Shown piece after piece: positions 21,465-43,699 of a stretch of DNA of 64,000 nucleotides; position 1 is the stretch's first letter; each line of letters begins with the position of its first letter. Below the pieces are notes generated by a model. The model had not been told where the DNA came from. It did not search any database and saw only the letters and a program-made list of their open reading frames with translations. Source of the stretch: Amoebidium appalachense. Lineage: Eukaryota > Protista > Ichthyosporea. The translations under genes were made by a program, and so were the position numbers. The stretch covers positions 6,889,448-6,953,447 of the forward strand of contig CAVNZM010000003.1 of NCBI GenBank assembly GCA_963693365.1. The letters run 5' to 3'.

Positions 21465-22804
21465 TGCCGTGGCACACGCACCCTCCGAAGGCTTCAAGTT
21501 GCAAGTTGCCATGTAACCCCCCTTATTGCAACATGTTTTTTGCGTCCGTGCACTGCCAGAGCACAAGTGGCAATGGCACGCGTACGACGTTTAAGCACAC
21601 CCACCACTAAATGAGTAGATACAGTGCCGAACATATTGCCCACACACGTGCACATACATGTACATGTGTGCACACGTGTGCGCACATATATATGTCCGTA
21701 CATCCATGGCCATGCCCGCATGCATGGTACACATGTACATTTGCTACCTGAAAACAGTGTTCCAATCGAAAATCGAGACGTTGGTGGCCTTCCCCCCCCC
21801 CCCCCCCCCCCCCCACCCACCCCCTCCCCTAGGGCGGAAGGAACACGAAGGGCACCAGAACAGAATCACGGCAGTCCGGGGTCAGGTGCAGTGCCGGTAC
21901 ATGTCACACAGTCTGCAGGCATCTTTGTCTCCTTCAATGATTGGTTAAGAGAAATCAGGAATGTGCCAAAAGTTTCGCTGATTGGGTAACACCCAGCAAC
22001 CGTAACGTTTTTTGGGTTTGAAATTAGATCTCGGCGTTGCGGCCGACCACAGAGCTACCGTAGACTCACTGCCGGCCCACAGCAAGTAAAAAGACATGAT
22101 ATTATGTATAGGCAGAAAATACAGCCGTATATTAGGCACTGGAATAGGCAGGTAACATGTGGAATGGAACTGTAATGTTGTCACTCTTTGAAGAGTACTG
22201 AGAGTCGGCGACCTGGCTGAGGCGGACTCACCCCGGGAACCGTTACCGTACAGGGAACAGCCAATCACTGGCAGAGTTATCAGGGCAGCAAAATATGGGC
22301 ATGAACTCTGCGCCACGTACACTGCTACACTGCTCGACCCTTCCAAGTATTTCAAAGTGCCATCAAATAGGGTGCCGTTAGCCTCCTATAATAGTAACTT
22401 TATATGAATTTATCAAAAGTTCGTAGAAGCAACTTCATTTCGTGATTCTGATCACTACACATTCAATTTATGAAGCAACCCCGGCCCATGTACAGCATAT
22501 CATGTAGAGGCCAGCTCACCAAGTGTGCACTGTGCCATAGGCTATTCCAACCCTGTTTGTGCGATGGAATGTGTCGCCGCCACACATGTTCTTGCACTTT
22601 GAGCCACAGACATTCATAGTGACAGGGAGAAACTTGCAGTTTTTTTTTTTTTTTGCCATGCAAAAGAACATTTATAGACGGGGAGGAGAAGGGGGGTATT
22701 AAAGAGAATACCTATAACGATAGTTTCCGTTGTAAACACCATCTTACACACACAACCCACACGGTAGCTTTATTTTTCCCGCCCCCCTACCGGGCCCTTA
22801 CAGG

Positions 22805-23397
22805 ATGATAACCGAGGCGGTAACATTTGTGGTGACGGTGGTAATTGCCTATTTGGGCTACCGCCAACTGTTCCATGTTCTGAGCGGCAGCAGCTCAAGT
22901 AAAAACCCTCCTCACACGCGCTCAGCGTTGCTTTGTTTGGTCGAAACATCGCATCACAGCTCTTCCCCTCGCGCACCTAGTAGTTACCGTTGTGTTGCTG
23001 TGGTCGGTCGTTTGTTCAAGCAACTTTCTGCTGTCGTGTCTGGAATTTTGCACGTCACACCCCTGAACCGCGTGTAGATTATTTGAATTCCCCCCCCCCC
23101 ACCCCCCCCCCCCTCCTCCCTTTTCCCTGCCCCTCCCGCGCCTTCCCCCCTTTTTCTAGCTCTCGCAATTCCAACTCAAACTCCGTCTCATGCACATACG
23201 GATAGGGGCTTTTACGAGCACACGGACGCAGAGTAACGCACGTACGTGCAAGCACTGACAGTGACACGCGCGCACACCCACCCACACACACACTCACTCA
23301 CTCACACACAGACACACACGCACGCACGCACACACGCACACACACGCACGCACACGCACGCACGCACGCGCGCGCGTACACACACACACACACACAT

Positions 23398-23435
<38 letters not shown>

Positions 23436-24888
23436 CGTGCATATGTACACACGCGCACACGTTGTTATGAGAGCACTTGCGCAAAGCACACACACAGGCA
23501 TCCAGCTAGTGCCTGAAACACTGCATACATTCTTCCCCCCCCTCCCCCCCTCCACCCCTCCGCTCCCCCCCTCCCCCTCCCCCCCCCCCTCCCCCCCCCC
23601 TCCCCCCTCCCCCCCTCCCCCCGTGAGCTCAGTTTGTGTGTGCTTCTGCTCGTGCTTGGCTTTAGTTTTAGCCTGTGCATTCACGCAAGAACGTGCTTGA
23701 TGGTGGACTGTTTGTGTGTGCGGCGGCCACAGGCAAGTCACGTTTCTTTTTGGGTTTTGGGATATGTCTCATTTACCCTCGCTCGCTAAAGGGAAGGGTG
23801 AGTGGGGGAGAGGGGAGGGGGAAAGGAATTGAGCCGGTGGGTAAGTTGTTGTAAAGGCTGTGTTCCAAGCGGGCACCTTCGTAAAAGCAGGGAAGGGAAC
23901 GGAGACTGCACAGTCATTGTATTGGTGTCTCATGTTTTTGACGATGCTTTTGACAACGGTTTAACCATGTTTGTGCCCCCATCTCTGACCATGTTGGTGC
24001 CTCCTGTTTCTGACCATGTTTCTGACCCATGTTCTCTCCCGTGCAGACAGCACACCCTGGACTAAGCCAGGCACACCTGAGGATATTGGTGATGAGGATG
24101 AGATGAGCCCAAAGCAGCTGAAGCTGCGCCTGGAGAAGGCACGAGAACACTACGAGGGACTGGTGGAGAGGGGGGTGGACCAGAAGGAGTTGGTGAAGGG
24201 ATGCATGCGCTGGGCTATGGCTGCACTGCCCTGGTACCAGTATATCAGCCAGGAGGTGTGTGTGTGTGTGTATGTGTGTGTGTGTGTGTGGGTGGGGGGG
24301 GGGGGGGGGGGGGGGAGGTGTGGGTGTTTGCGGTGTGTATAGGGATATGAGACGGGTAGGGGTAGCTTTGGAAATTTAGAGGGTGGGTGAGAGGGTGGGT
24401 GTGCGGCGGTATGGGAGGGGGGATGGGGGGGGGAGGGGGGGGATGGGGGAGGAGGGGAGGGAAAGGGAGAGCGAGAGAGTGGGTGGTTGGGTGGGTGTGC
24501 CCGTCATGTGGAGGTGGGGAGAGGGGAGGGAAGAGAGCAGGAGTGGGTGAATAATTGCAGAGGGTGCCGGGTGGGTTAGAAGGGTATGTGTGTGTGTGTG
24601 TGTGAGGATGCTCATGCTCCACTTGCACCTGTTTTTACTTGTGCCCTCACACCTGTTTATAAGGATGTGTGCTTGCTTTATGTGTGTGCCTGTCGGCATG
24701 CGTGTGACTGCACATTGTGTGCCTGCACGTACACGCCTATCAAGCACAAGTGAATGCACAAAGCACATAATGTCATGTGTCGGCAAACATGTGCATGCAG
24801 CCACGGGCACACACACACACACACACATGCACACACTGCCACATGCAGACACACTCAGAGCACATCAAGTAATGCCAACCAGCACGCA

Positions 24889-24929
<41 letters not shown>

Positions 24930-25520
24930 TCCTTCCCTGCTCCCCCGTCTTCTTTCCTTCAAGCCCTTTGAGCCCTCCTTCTCCTCTCTCCTCCCATATA
25001 CCTTTTACCCCTCCCCCTCCTCCTTGATTCCCCCCACAACTTTCGATGTGCCTAGGCACCCCCTTGCTTGTTCCTCATCACCAATCCTTCACCTACCCAC
25101 ATGACCCCCCTCCATTCGGAACCCTCACTCGTCGCTGCCCCCCTCCCCCCCCCCCCCCGCCTCCCCTCTCCCTCCTCGTCCCCCCCCCCCCCCCCTAACT
25201 TCTTGCCCAACCCCAGCCTCCTTCCCTTTCTCCTCCCCCCTCCCCTCCCCCCCCCCCCCCCCCCCCCTTTCCTACCGTCATCCTTCCATATCCCTCCATA
25301 CTTAATGCATTCTTCTCCTCCCCCCCCCCCCCCCCCCCCCCCTCCCCCGGGCCCCTACTCGTTCTCCTCCTTCTCCTCCTCCTCCTCCTATCCTCCCTCC
25401 CCCCCCTCCCCCTTCCCTCCTCGCAAGCTTTAATTGTTTGATTTCGGGTTTCTCGTTTTTGTGGCGTTTTGTTGTTATCCTTCGGGGTCTCCTCCATATT
25501 TCCAACCCTCTACTACATAA

Positions 25521-25568
<48 letters not shown>

Positions 25569-25844
25569 CCCCGCGGAGAGTCGTATATAGGCGAGGTCAG
25601 GGGCCGAAACTCAGACGCAATTGATGACTTGGGCCCTTCCTGAGGATGGGCTCTGCTTATGCTGCATACTGTGCGCATGGCTGATGTTGCATACTTGAAT
25701 GTTTGCCTTTGCATGTGTCCTGCACCATGCTTCTCGTCGTGTATGTGTACTTCGTACCGTGTTCCACATTCAAACCCCCCTCCCCCTTTCTCCCATTGTG
25801 TTGTCCGTAATGATAATGCACTACGTACTCTAAAACGTTTTTTA

Positions 25845-25882
<38 letters not shown>

Positions 25883-26259
25883 AGGTCAATGATGCCCGTA
25901 AGGCTAGCCGTGCAGGCTACATTGACGGGGCCACGGCCCACCAGAGAGAGCAGGAGTTTGCAGCAGCAAACGAGGAGATGCAGGCAGTGGCTGAGACGGC
26001 TATGGGGCTGAAGCCCAAGTGGGAGCAGAGCATCTTCCCTGAGGCGCACAGGATGCTGCAGGTGGAGGCACAGCAGAGGAAGAACAAGGTATTTATTTAT
26101 GGTGACATGTGCTATGTTTGGATGGGGATGGTAATAAGGCATTTATAGATGTGTGTGCTATGTTTGGATGTGGCTAAGGTCAGCATGTTTATAGTAAATT
26201 GCACGACTATAAGAACAAGGTATTATGGCGGTTTGTGTGTGTGTGTGTTGGAGGGAGGA

Positions 26260-26291
<32 letters not shown>

Positions 26292-26333
26292 TCATTGGTA
26301 CTGTTCAGTACAAGGAAGGAGTGGTAGTAGAAG

Positions 26334-26407
<74 letters not shown>

Positions 26408-27473
26408 TTATTGGGTGGGTGGGTGGGTGGTGGGGTGGGAGGCGGGGGGAGGGGGGGGGGGGGGGATAGTAGGAAGGTAAGATTTGGTGGTGAAGGTAAC
26501 AGGAGTATCATCTATCAGTAGGAATGGCTTTTGCAGGCTAGGTTTTACAAAGGCCCCCCGCAAGGGGGGGGGGGGAGGGGGGAGAGGGTGTGTGTGTGTG
26601 TTGGGGGGGGGGGGGGGGGAGGGCGGAGGGAGGGTGGAGGGGGGTTTAAGGTAGGCTCATGGTGGCGTGCTGGAATGATGTTGGAGACCACGATAGTTGG
26701 GCAGACACGAGACGAACATGCACATGTGTGCCCCCACGTGGGTTACGGCTACGCATGTGTTGCACGGGCATATACATACGTGCATGCTATGTGTGTGTGT
26801 GTGTGTGTGTGTGCTGAGGCAGATGGGTATGTGTGTGTGTGTGTGTGTGTGTGTGTTTTGACGTGGCTGTGTGTGTGCATGCATGCATGCATAGACGCGC
26901 ACGTCCGTGTATATATGTGGTCGGGTGTGGGTTCTGCATGGGTTCCCTCTTTGTGTGTGTGGTGGTGTGGAGGAGGGGAGAGGGGGTGGGGTAGTCCTTT
27001 ACCGCAAACATAAACACTTACTTCCATGCAAAATCAGGACAAGGAGAAGGAGCAGGAGCAGGCCAAGATCCTCGAGGCCCAGCAGAGGGCCATGGCGGAG
27101 AAGAGGAGCGAGCTGGCCGCTAAGGAGCTGCTGGTAATTTACGTCTGTCGCTATGATTTATGTTGGCGGCCATATGTGTCCTTGTGAATTATGTGCCTCT
27201 CTGATTGTGGCTGGGCCGCAAATGTGTCTCCGTGGTTTGTGTCTGCCCCCGTATGTGCTCTGTGCTGTTTGCGTGGCAGTATGCACGTGCTTGTGGCCAA
27301 CCACACCCCTCTGCACCTGCCCGTCGCTCTTGTGGGCTGTGTGGCCTCCGGGTTTTCTGTGCTGGATGGCGGGGTACCTCAAGTCATACCGTGTCACGTG
27401 CCTCCCCCCCTCCCCCACTTCCCACACATACACACACATACACACACACAGAGAGAGACACACACAGAGACAC

Positions 27474-27532
<59 letters not shown>

Positions 27533-27539
27533 CAGAGAG

Positions 27540-27623
<84 letters not shown>

Positions 27624-27768
27624 GGACGGGTGTGAATGGGAACGCTTTGGGGGAGGGGGAGGGGGGGAAGCCTCCGTCCCATTGTTTGGTCCCATCTGTT
27701 TTACTCGAGCTCCTTCACACCCGTCCGTCTTCCCCCCCCCCTCCCCCCCCCCTCCCCCCTCCCCCCCC

Positions 27769-27799
<31 letters not shown>

Positions 27800-27948
27800 A
27801 CAAGTACACACACTCTCTCTCACTCACTCAATCACTCCCCTCCCCTCCCTCCACCAGCACCACCACTTGCGCGCACAGACACACTGAACAGCAGCACTAT
27901 CAATGACATACGGGCACATGCACCAACACGCATACACACACACACACA

Positions 27949-27984
<36 letters not shown>

Positions 27985-28020
27985 TTCGTGCACATACACA
28001 CACGCAAATACACAAAAACA

Positions 28021-28089
<69 letters not shown>

Positions 28090-28177
28090 GCACACTGACA
28101 CGTTTGGTGGTTGTCCACAGGCCGAAGAGGAGAAGAAAGGAAAGAGCCCACGGAAGGTTTCCAGCGGCAAGAAGTGA
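22805..28177 (+). CDS. SEC66: Sec66/Sec71-family ER preprotein translocase subunit, 5 exons, ~219 aa
   Basis: Exons 22805-22898, 24047-24255, 25885-26088, 27038-27133, 28121-28177, all GT-AG and in phase. Single N-terminal TM segment ([15 protein letters not shown]), helical middle ([14 protein letters not shown]), then [29 protein letters not shown] resembling the Sec66 G.I..E...V..EA..LKP.W...IF..A pattern, and a charged coiled-coil tail. Gene model is solid; family call is from motif recall. Confidence 0.7.
25664..25785 (+). repeat. ~120-bp dispersed element, copy A (Sec66 intron 2)
   Basis: About 95% identical by eye to the reverse complement of 30974-31093. Confidence 0.9.
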
Positions 28178-28999
28178 GGGGAGAGGCCGAATGGGTGTTG
28201 GGGGACATGCACGGGCTTGGAGTGAGGGGGTGCATGCATATGTGCACGTAAACAGCTGCTGTTGACAGCAGGGGAGGGGGTGTTGGGCTGCTGGCTGGCC
28301 TGGAAAGAAGTGAAGTAAAATTTATAATTTAACGGTATTTTATGCATGTGTGGTATCAGGGTCATATTTCGCCCATTGGATTGCAGACCATGATGCATAC
28401 ACTGCATGTGCATGGACAAGTGGGCCGATGGACGTGTGCACACACGCACAAACCACAAGCTCTATATACACACATACACAACGTTCAAGTATTGCATAGA
28501 TTCGCATACGCAATTTCCAATCGACCGCTGCAGCTTGCATACCCACACGTACGTAGACATGGTCCGTTCCCATGCATCGCACTCGGCTGAGTAGCTACGC
28601 ATGCCACTCCACACACGGCATGCATGCTTACAGTCACGGCATAAAGGTCTGCCCTCCGACTGCATATTATGTGTCATGGGTGCCCGTGTACCTGCACCCA
28701 TCACGTGCACTGCCCTATGCCCTATGCACGTGAACCTGCCCAGGTCCTGGCTGTGGGCCCGATAGATGGCCACGTGACCGCTATAAATGTGTAGGGCCAA
28801 TGATTGGTGCAAAATCACGTATGGTATGTGCCAGCACCAGGCTGGCCGTTTATTGTTGTGGCTCGAATATCCAGGCGTATATTTGCTACACAGCGCTGAT
28901 ACACTCATACAGTGTGTTGGAACGTATGGTGGATTCGAATGGTGTGTTGGTTGGAAAACATAGGCTGCTATGTGCCTGTGCGTGTACAACACCCATACA

Positions 29000-29035
<36 letters not shown>

Positions 29036-29043
29036 TGTGTGTG

Positions 29044-29078
<35 letters not shown>

Positions 29079-29277
29079 CCCTTCTCCTTACACGTGCACG
29101 TGGCTTGCATTACTGTCTCCACCATCAGATAACTGCACTCCACTGTAACCCTACTCCGTGCACACATGCAAGTCCCAATCAACGAAATACATCAAATTTC
29201 AAATTTTAAAAGAGAGAGACAAAGAGAAAAAAGAAAAAAAAATCGGCATGGTTAGGTGCCTTGTCCATTCCTTCATC

Positions 29278-38641
<9,364 letters not shown>

Positions 38642-38806
38642 GGCTGTGTTTGCAGGGTGGCCTGCCACACTCTAGTCCTTCCCTTCTGCTATTATAAAAA
38701 CCCTCGGCTCTTCCCCTTTTCTCCTCTTATCCACACGAGATAAGATTCCGGTTGTGGTGGTTGTGTTGCTGTGCATGTGCATGCGCAATTTGCCCGCCAA
38801 CAATCG

Positions 38807-38864
38807 TGACGTCACAACTGTTGACGTCATGCATCTGATCGGCCCCTCAGTGTAAATGACGTCA
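38807..38864. promoter_or_regulatory. Three CRE-type palindromes (TGACGTCA) upstream of RBM22
   Basis: TGACGTCA at 38807, 38822 and 38857, about 170-220 bp upstream of the ATG; function inferred. Confidence 0.5.
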
Positions 38865-39191
38865 CCTTCACAGTTTTGTCGCCCAGAAACAGAGCCAGAT
38901 GTTTGTGGGGGTTTATGCTGTTTACTCGAGGCAAAGAGAAACCAGTCTCAGGTATGGGGGGGGGGGTTTGCTCGGAATATTCCCTCAGCGGTATATCATG
39001 ATCACGTACATAGATGTCGGGTGATGACTATATATCAGGGTTTACTTTCTCTACGAGACATCATAAAGACTACAAAGAGAAATCAATTAGTTGGGGTTCC
39101 CCGTTTTTTTTTTTTTTTTTTTTTTTTTTTGTTTTTTTTCTTGTTTTTTTTTCTTTAAAGGGGCTTCCCTGGGACACTCGGTATCAGCTGG

Positions 39192-39321
<130 letters not shown>

Positions 39322-39332
39322 ACGCGCGTGCG

Positions 39333-41445
39333 CTAGAATTTTGTAGTGATGTGTTTCTCAAGCCAATCAATACATCTAATAAACAGGTCGTAGTTACGCG
39401 TGTTTAGTATAAAATCAAGGATGTTGTAATTTACAGGTAGGCTATCTTTCTGGGTGTCTGTTGTGAATGTGACGTGTGTGTGTTGCGGTATTATGTGGTC
39501 TATCAAGCTACATTTGGCGATACATGACCGGTTAAACTGGTGTGTGTATGTGTTGTTTGGGCATGCAAATGATGCCACCTTATACTTATTAGATCTCCAC
39601 TGTATAGCACGTGTACAGTAAAAGCGTGGTAATTGATCAATAATACCATCAGCTAGAGAAAGACTAGTTCTACAGGAAGGTAATATTTATTTAGTAGGTC
39701 TTAAACATTTGCGAGTATCATATTTGGCAATATGGTTGAGGCGGTCAGCATATATAAAACGAGACATAAGGCTTAGTTTTTCAAGGTGTATGCTTTCATC
39801 GGGTCTAGTGTCGTGTGGTATCTTTTTCCATTTGTTATATTGCGTGATTGTTTTGTGATTGTGTACATGTTTAATAAGTAAGTGGCAGTCCAAAGTCACA
39901 CATACACTTTTGCGGGGTTTATTTGTATTTGCGCCCAGGGGAGCTCGAGAAGGGGAGAGAGAGGGAAGGAAAGAGGGGAGAGGTGAGGAGGGGACAGGTC
40001 GGATAGAGAAGAGAGGGTGGGAGGGCAAATACTTCTTTAAGCGGCTTATGTGCTTATTGAATTTCAGCGCGAGATAGGATACTCTAGCAGCTATTGGGAC
40101 CAGACCATATATCGAGAGCGTTACAGGCCCAGGTTTACAACAGTTGTTAGATAGAAAGGAGGCAACTTCTACTTCAAGGAAATCGGCCAAGAGTTTAAGC
40201 GCTCTAGTTCTCTCTTTCTTGATCCAAGCGGCGAGAAGGGGTAAACCATATTCACATGCCGGGAAGACAAAAGTGCGAATAAATGTAAGTCTAATAGAAG
40301 GATGGAGGGGTGTGTCTTTAAAAATATTAGCCGAGAAGAAAGCTAACCGCTTACGAGTCAACTCTACCCTCTTTTCGACCATATGGGAAAACATAACACC
40401 AACAGAATTAACCGGAACACCAAGATATTTGTATTCTGGAACTATAGGTACAGGTTTAGATGATAATGTAAATGTGTGTAAATTGTTAGCTATATCAGGT
40501 ACAAGAACACCACATTTTTCTATGTTAAGGATCACAAGGTTTGCCTTGCACCACTCTGACACTACATCGAACAATCTTTGCAGGCGTCTAGGGGTACGGG
40601 CAAGGAGGGACAGATCATCAGCATAGAGAAGTGCAGGCGGAAAGTTTTTAGTAGGGTCATCGTTTTCGGCATAAATCTTGACAGTCAAATCATCTATAAA
40701 TAGGTTAAACAAAAAGGGGCTAAGCAATGAACCCTGCAAGAGACCTCTAGTATGAGCAAAACCATATGAAAGATGCCCATTAACCACAGCTCTACCATAG
40801 GTTTGAGACAAGAGTGCTTCTAACAGAACACCAATGCAGTGCGGTACACCCCGTGCAGCAAGCTTTTCCCATAGGAGACCAGGGGAGACAGAATCGTAAG
40901 CAGTTTTCCACTCAATAAAGCCAACATATCGTGCACCAACGAAGAATGGATTGAAACCTAGGGTGATGTGCAAATAGCCTAAGCAAGCAAGCTTCAAAGA
41001 ATCTACGAATAACCTGGGTTAGTGTGTGGGGCGAAAGGATGATATGGGGCCCTCAGAGTCCTTCTTAACTATGGGGATCACTAAGGTATCTAACCAAGAT
41101 GACGGGACATGTAACCCTAAACCCTAAACCCTGACCCACACCAAGAAAAGAGAGAGCTTAGCATGATAGTAAGATCAGGTTTAATAGCACGATCACTTTC
41201 CTTTTGTGGGTAGGAGGGAACAAGGATTTTAAGAAACCCAGCAGGGAGTCCATCAGGTCCACAGGACTTACTAGAGCTATAACTAGATATCACAGACCAT
41301 ATGGTATCGGGACTGAAAAAGGGGAGGATCGATTCTATGGGGATGTTTGTGGGAAGGCATACACCATTTAGGCTATTCTGCAATAACTTCCTCGGCCCGT
41401 GACTGTCAGGCCCTGTCAGGCTGGAGGAGGATTCGACTGCACGTT
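39333..41445 (-). mobile_element. Degenerate, 5'-truncated non-LTR retrotransposon (LINE) ORF2 with RT domain and Cys-containing C-terminus
   Basis: KSCGPDGLP..FLK; VPSSWLDTLVIPIVKK..FRP; FIEWKTAYDSV; GLLQGSLLSPFLFNLFIDDL; LLYADDL; NIEKC; YKYLGV. Frameshifts near 41120 and 41030-40990; in-frame TAA at 39687-39689 with the same frame continuing to TAG at 39333; abuts a (CA)n tract. Confidence 0.92.
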
Positions 41446-41630
41446 TTTTTTTTTTAAACAAAATTTTTTCTTCTTCTTTTTTTTATAATGACTTTATTAT
41501 GTTCGCTTCAAAATAGAAACAATCGACATACCACAGAATTTTCAACATACTGGCATGCCTTGAATGCCTTGTTCGAGCCCACGACCACATCGTGCCCTAA
41601 TATCTCACCAGCCCTCGATAGCTAGCTACA
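41445..41630 (-). mobile_element. Possible SINE-like insertion with an A-rich tail
   Basis: Minus strand: weak B-box-like GGGCTCGAAC, then AATAAA and an A-rich tail ending at the LINE truncation point. Confidence 0.2.
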
Positions 41631-41853
41631 TATATATAGGCTCAAGCGCTACATACACCACCTTGTGCTTGCTATATTTTGCAGTCTTGCCATGATGAGA
41701 GAATGTATGGGTTCTTCTAGCGCGCGTTGGTGCACTGCAGTTTAGTTGGCCCAGTTGGACACCTTTAGTCTGCATGAGGGGCAAGGGATCGCCATGTACG
41801 GGCAGCGTATGTGGGGCTAGTTCTGTGTGTGTGGGTGTGTGTGGTGTGCGTTT

Positions 41854-41884
<31 letters not shown>

Positions 41885-42304
41885 GGGGGGGGGGACCTGG
41901 CAGGTGGAGGAGGGAAGGTTGCGGCTTTCGGGTGATGGGGAAGGCTAGGTGGGCCACTCAGAGGGGCAGAGAGGTTCCCTGGGGGCATGAGGGGTGGATG
42001 TTAAGAATCCTCTCAGTGTGCACACTTTCGCTGCTTCTAATACAAGAAAGAGCAAGTTTTGGGGACTTTAAGTACTCTGCTAACTCAGTCCGAGGCTAAG
42101 AGCAGGAAAGAATAAACCTGGATGCGATTTTCTTTCCGCACACTGTTGACATGGACCCCTTGCTTTCAGGCACCCGGTGTCTCTATGAACCCTCCCCCCC
42201 TTCCCCCCACCGCCGCCTCTCCCCTAGGCCTCCGCCACCCGCTTCCCCCAGTCCCGGGCTACAATAAAACTATCCCCAAGCCCCTCAACGACCGGCTCCT
42301 ACTC

Positions 42305-42417
42305 ACTTCAGTCACTTAACAATCTACAAGAACTTCAGTCACTTAACAATCTACAAGAACTTCAGTCACTTAACAATCTACGAGAACTTCAGTCACTTAA
42401 CAATCTACAAGAACTTC
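42305..42417. repeat. 27-bp minisatellite (AACTTCAGTCACTTAACAATCTACAAG) x4
   Basis: Four tandem copies with one substitution and no spacers. Confidence 0.95.
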
Positions 42418-43214
42418 TTGCTGGGCTTGCCTGGCTCATAGAGTCAGCTGCTGAGAGATACTGACAAATAGAGCTTTAGACCGAAGGGAAAGTGGCGGGC
42501 CCGGGGAGGGGGGGGGTGGGGGTGTGGAGGGGGGGGGGGGGGGGGGGGAGTATGCATTTTTGAGAGCTGGAAATATAAGGGAGGTGACACCAAAACAGGG
42601 TTATAAGGACACTATGTACTATGTCACAAAAAAACCGTTCAATTATGTGTATAAACCGTGCAGGCAGAAGCTCAGAAAACACTTGAACAGAGCCCATCAT
42701 CAGGGGTTTCATGTGCCTCCACACAGGAACGGGGTTTGACTTTTTGTGGGGGGGAGGAAGGAGGGGGGGGGGGGGGGGTGCGGGGGGGGGAAGGGGGGAG
42801 GGGGGGGGGGGGGGGGGGGGGGGGAGGTGGAGGCGACGAATATTGCAGTGTCCTGAAAATATCAGAAAGTCATCCTCAGCAGGCCCATGCACATAGTGGG
42901 TGGGTGGGTGGGTGGGTGGGTGGGTGGGGGGAGGGGGGGGGGGGGGGGGGGAGGGGGGAAGGTGCGGCAAGAGGCTCGATAGGCCCAGAAACTGCACCCC
43001 TGGATTGTTCCCAAGGCAAGCGTCTGCACATGCCCGTGTGTTATGCTCAAAGAATGGTGTTGTTTTGGCTAGTGTATGTAGAGGCTTGCGAGCAACTTGA
43101 ATGGGGTAACTACTCAAAATCCTTGGCTACCGCGTACTTGGGACAACTCCCCACCCCCCCCTTACTCGAGCTTCTCTCCCTCTCCTTCCCTAATTCCCCC
43201 CTCAGTAAACACAC

Positions 43215-43275
<61 letters not shown>

Positions 43276-43291
43276 ACACACACACACACCA

Positions 43292-43348
<57 letters not shown>

Positions 43349-43355
43349 CGCCCCC

Positions 43356-43434
<79 letters not shown>

Positions 43435-43699
43435 CGCCCCCATACACACATACACACACATACACACGCCCTGTTTGTTCCCACAGAGTCTATTTCTCCC
43501 TGTGAACTACCATATTGTTCCATATTTTGGCCGGTCCACATGACAAATTGTAGGGGGTGTGCGTTAGTGTGCGCAGGCCTAGGGTCCTTGCTGACACGCG
43601 TGCCGTCAGCGAACCGCGGCCGGCGCAACCCTCACGTGTGTAAACGCGTGATAGCTGGTATTGTGTTGTGGAGTGGGCCGCAAAACAAACAACTGCCAG

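Noticed and set aside
21832-21885. WD40-like peptide GHQNRITAV in a possible plus-strand exon
   Set aside because: Isolated short match with no partner exons found.
23160-23240. Extra Sec66 exon after TTTTTCTAG
   Set aside because: Exons 1 and 2 already join in phase and give a normal-sized protein; no homology support.
25664-25785. C/D or H/ACA snoRNA identity for the 120-bp element
   Set aside because: Only a partial C-box-like TGATGT, no terminal D box, and the ACA is not conserved in the second copy.
42305-42417. 27-bp repeats as a CRISPR array
   Set aside because: No spacers; a simple minisatellite.
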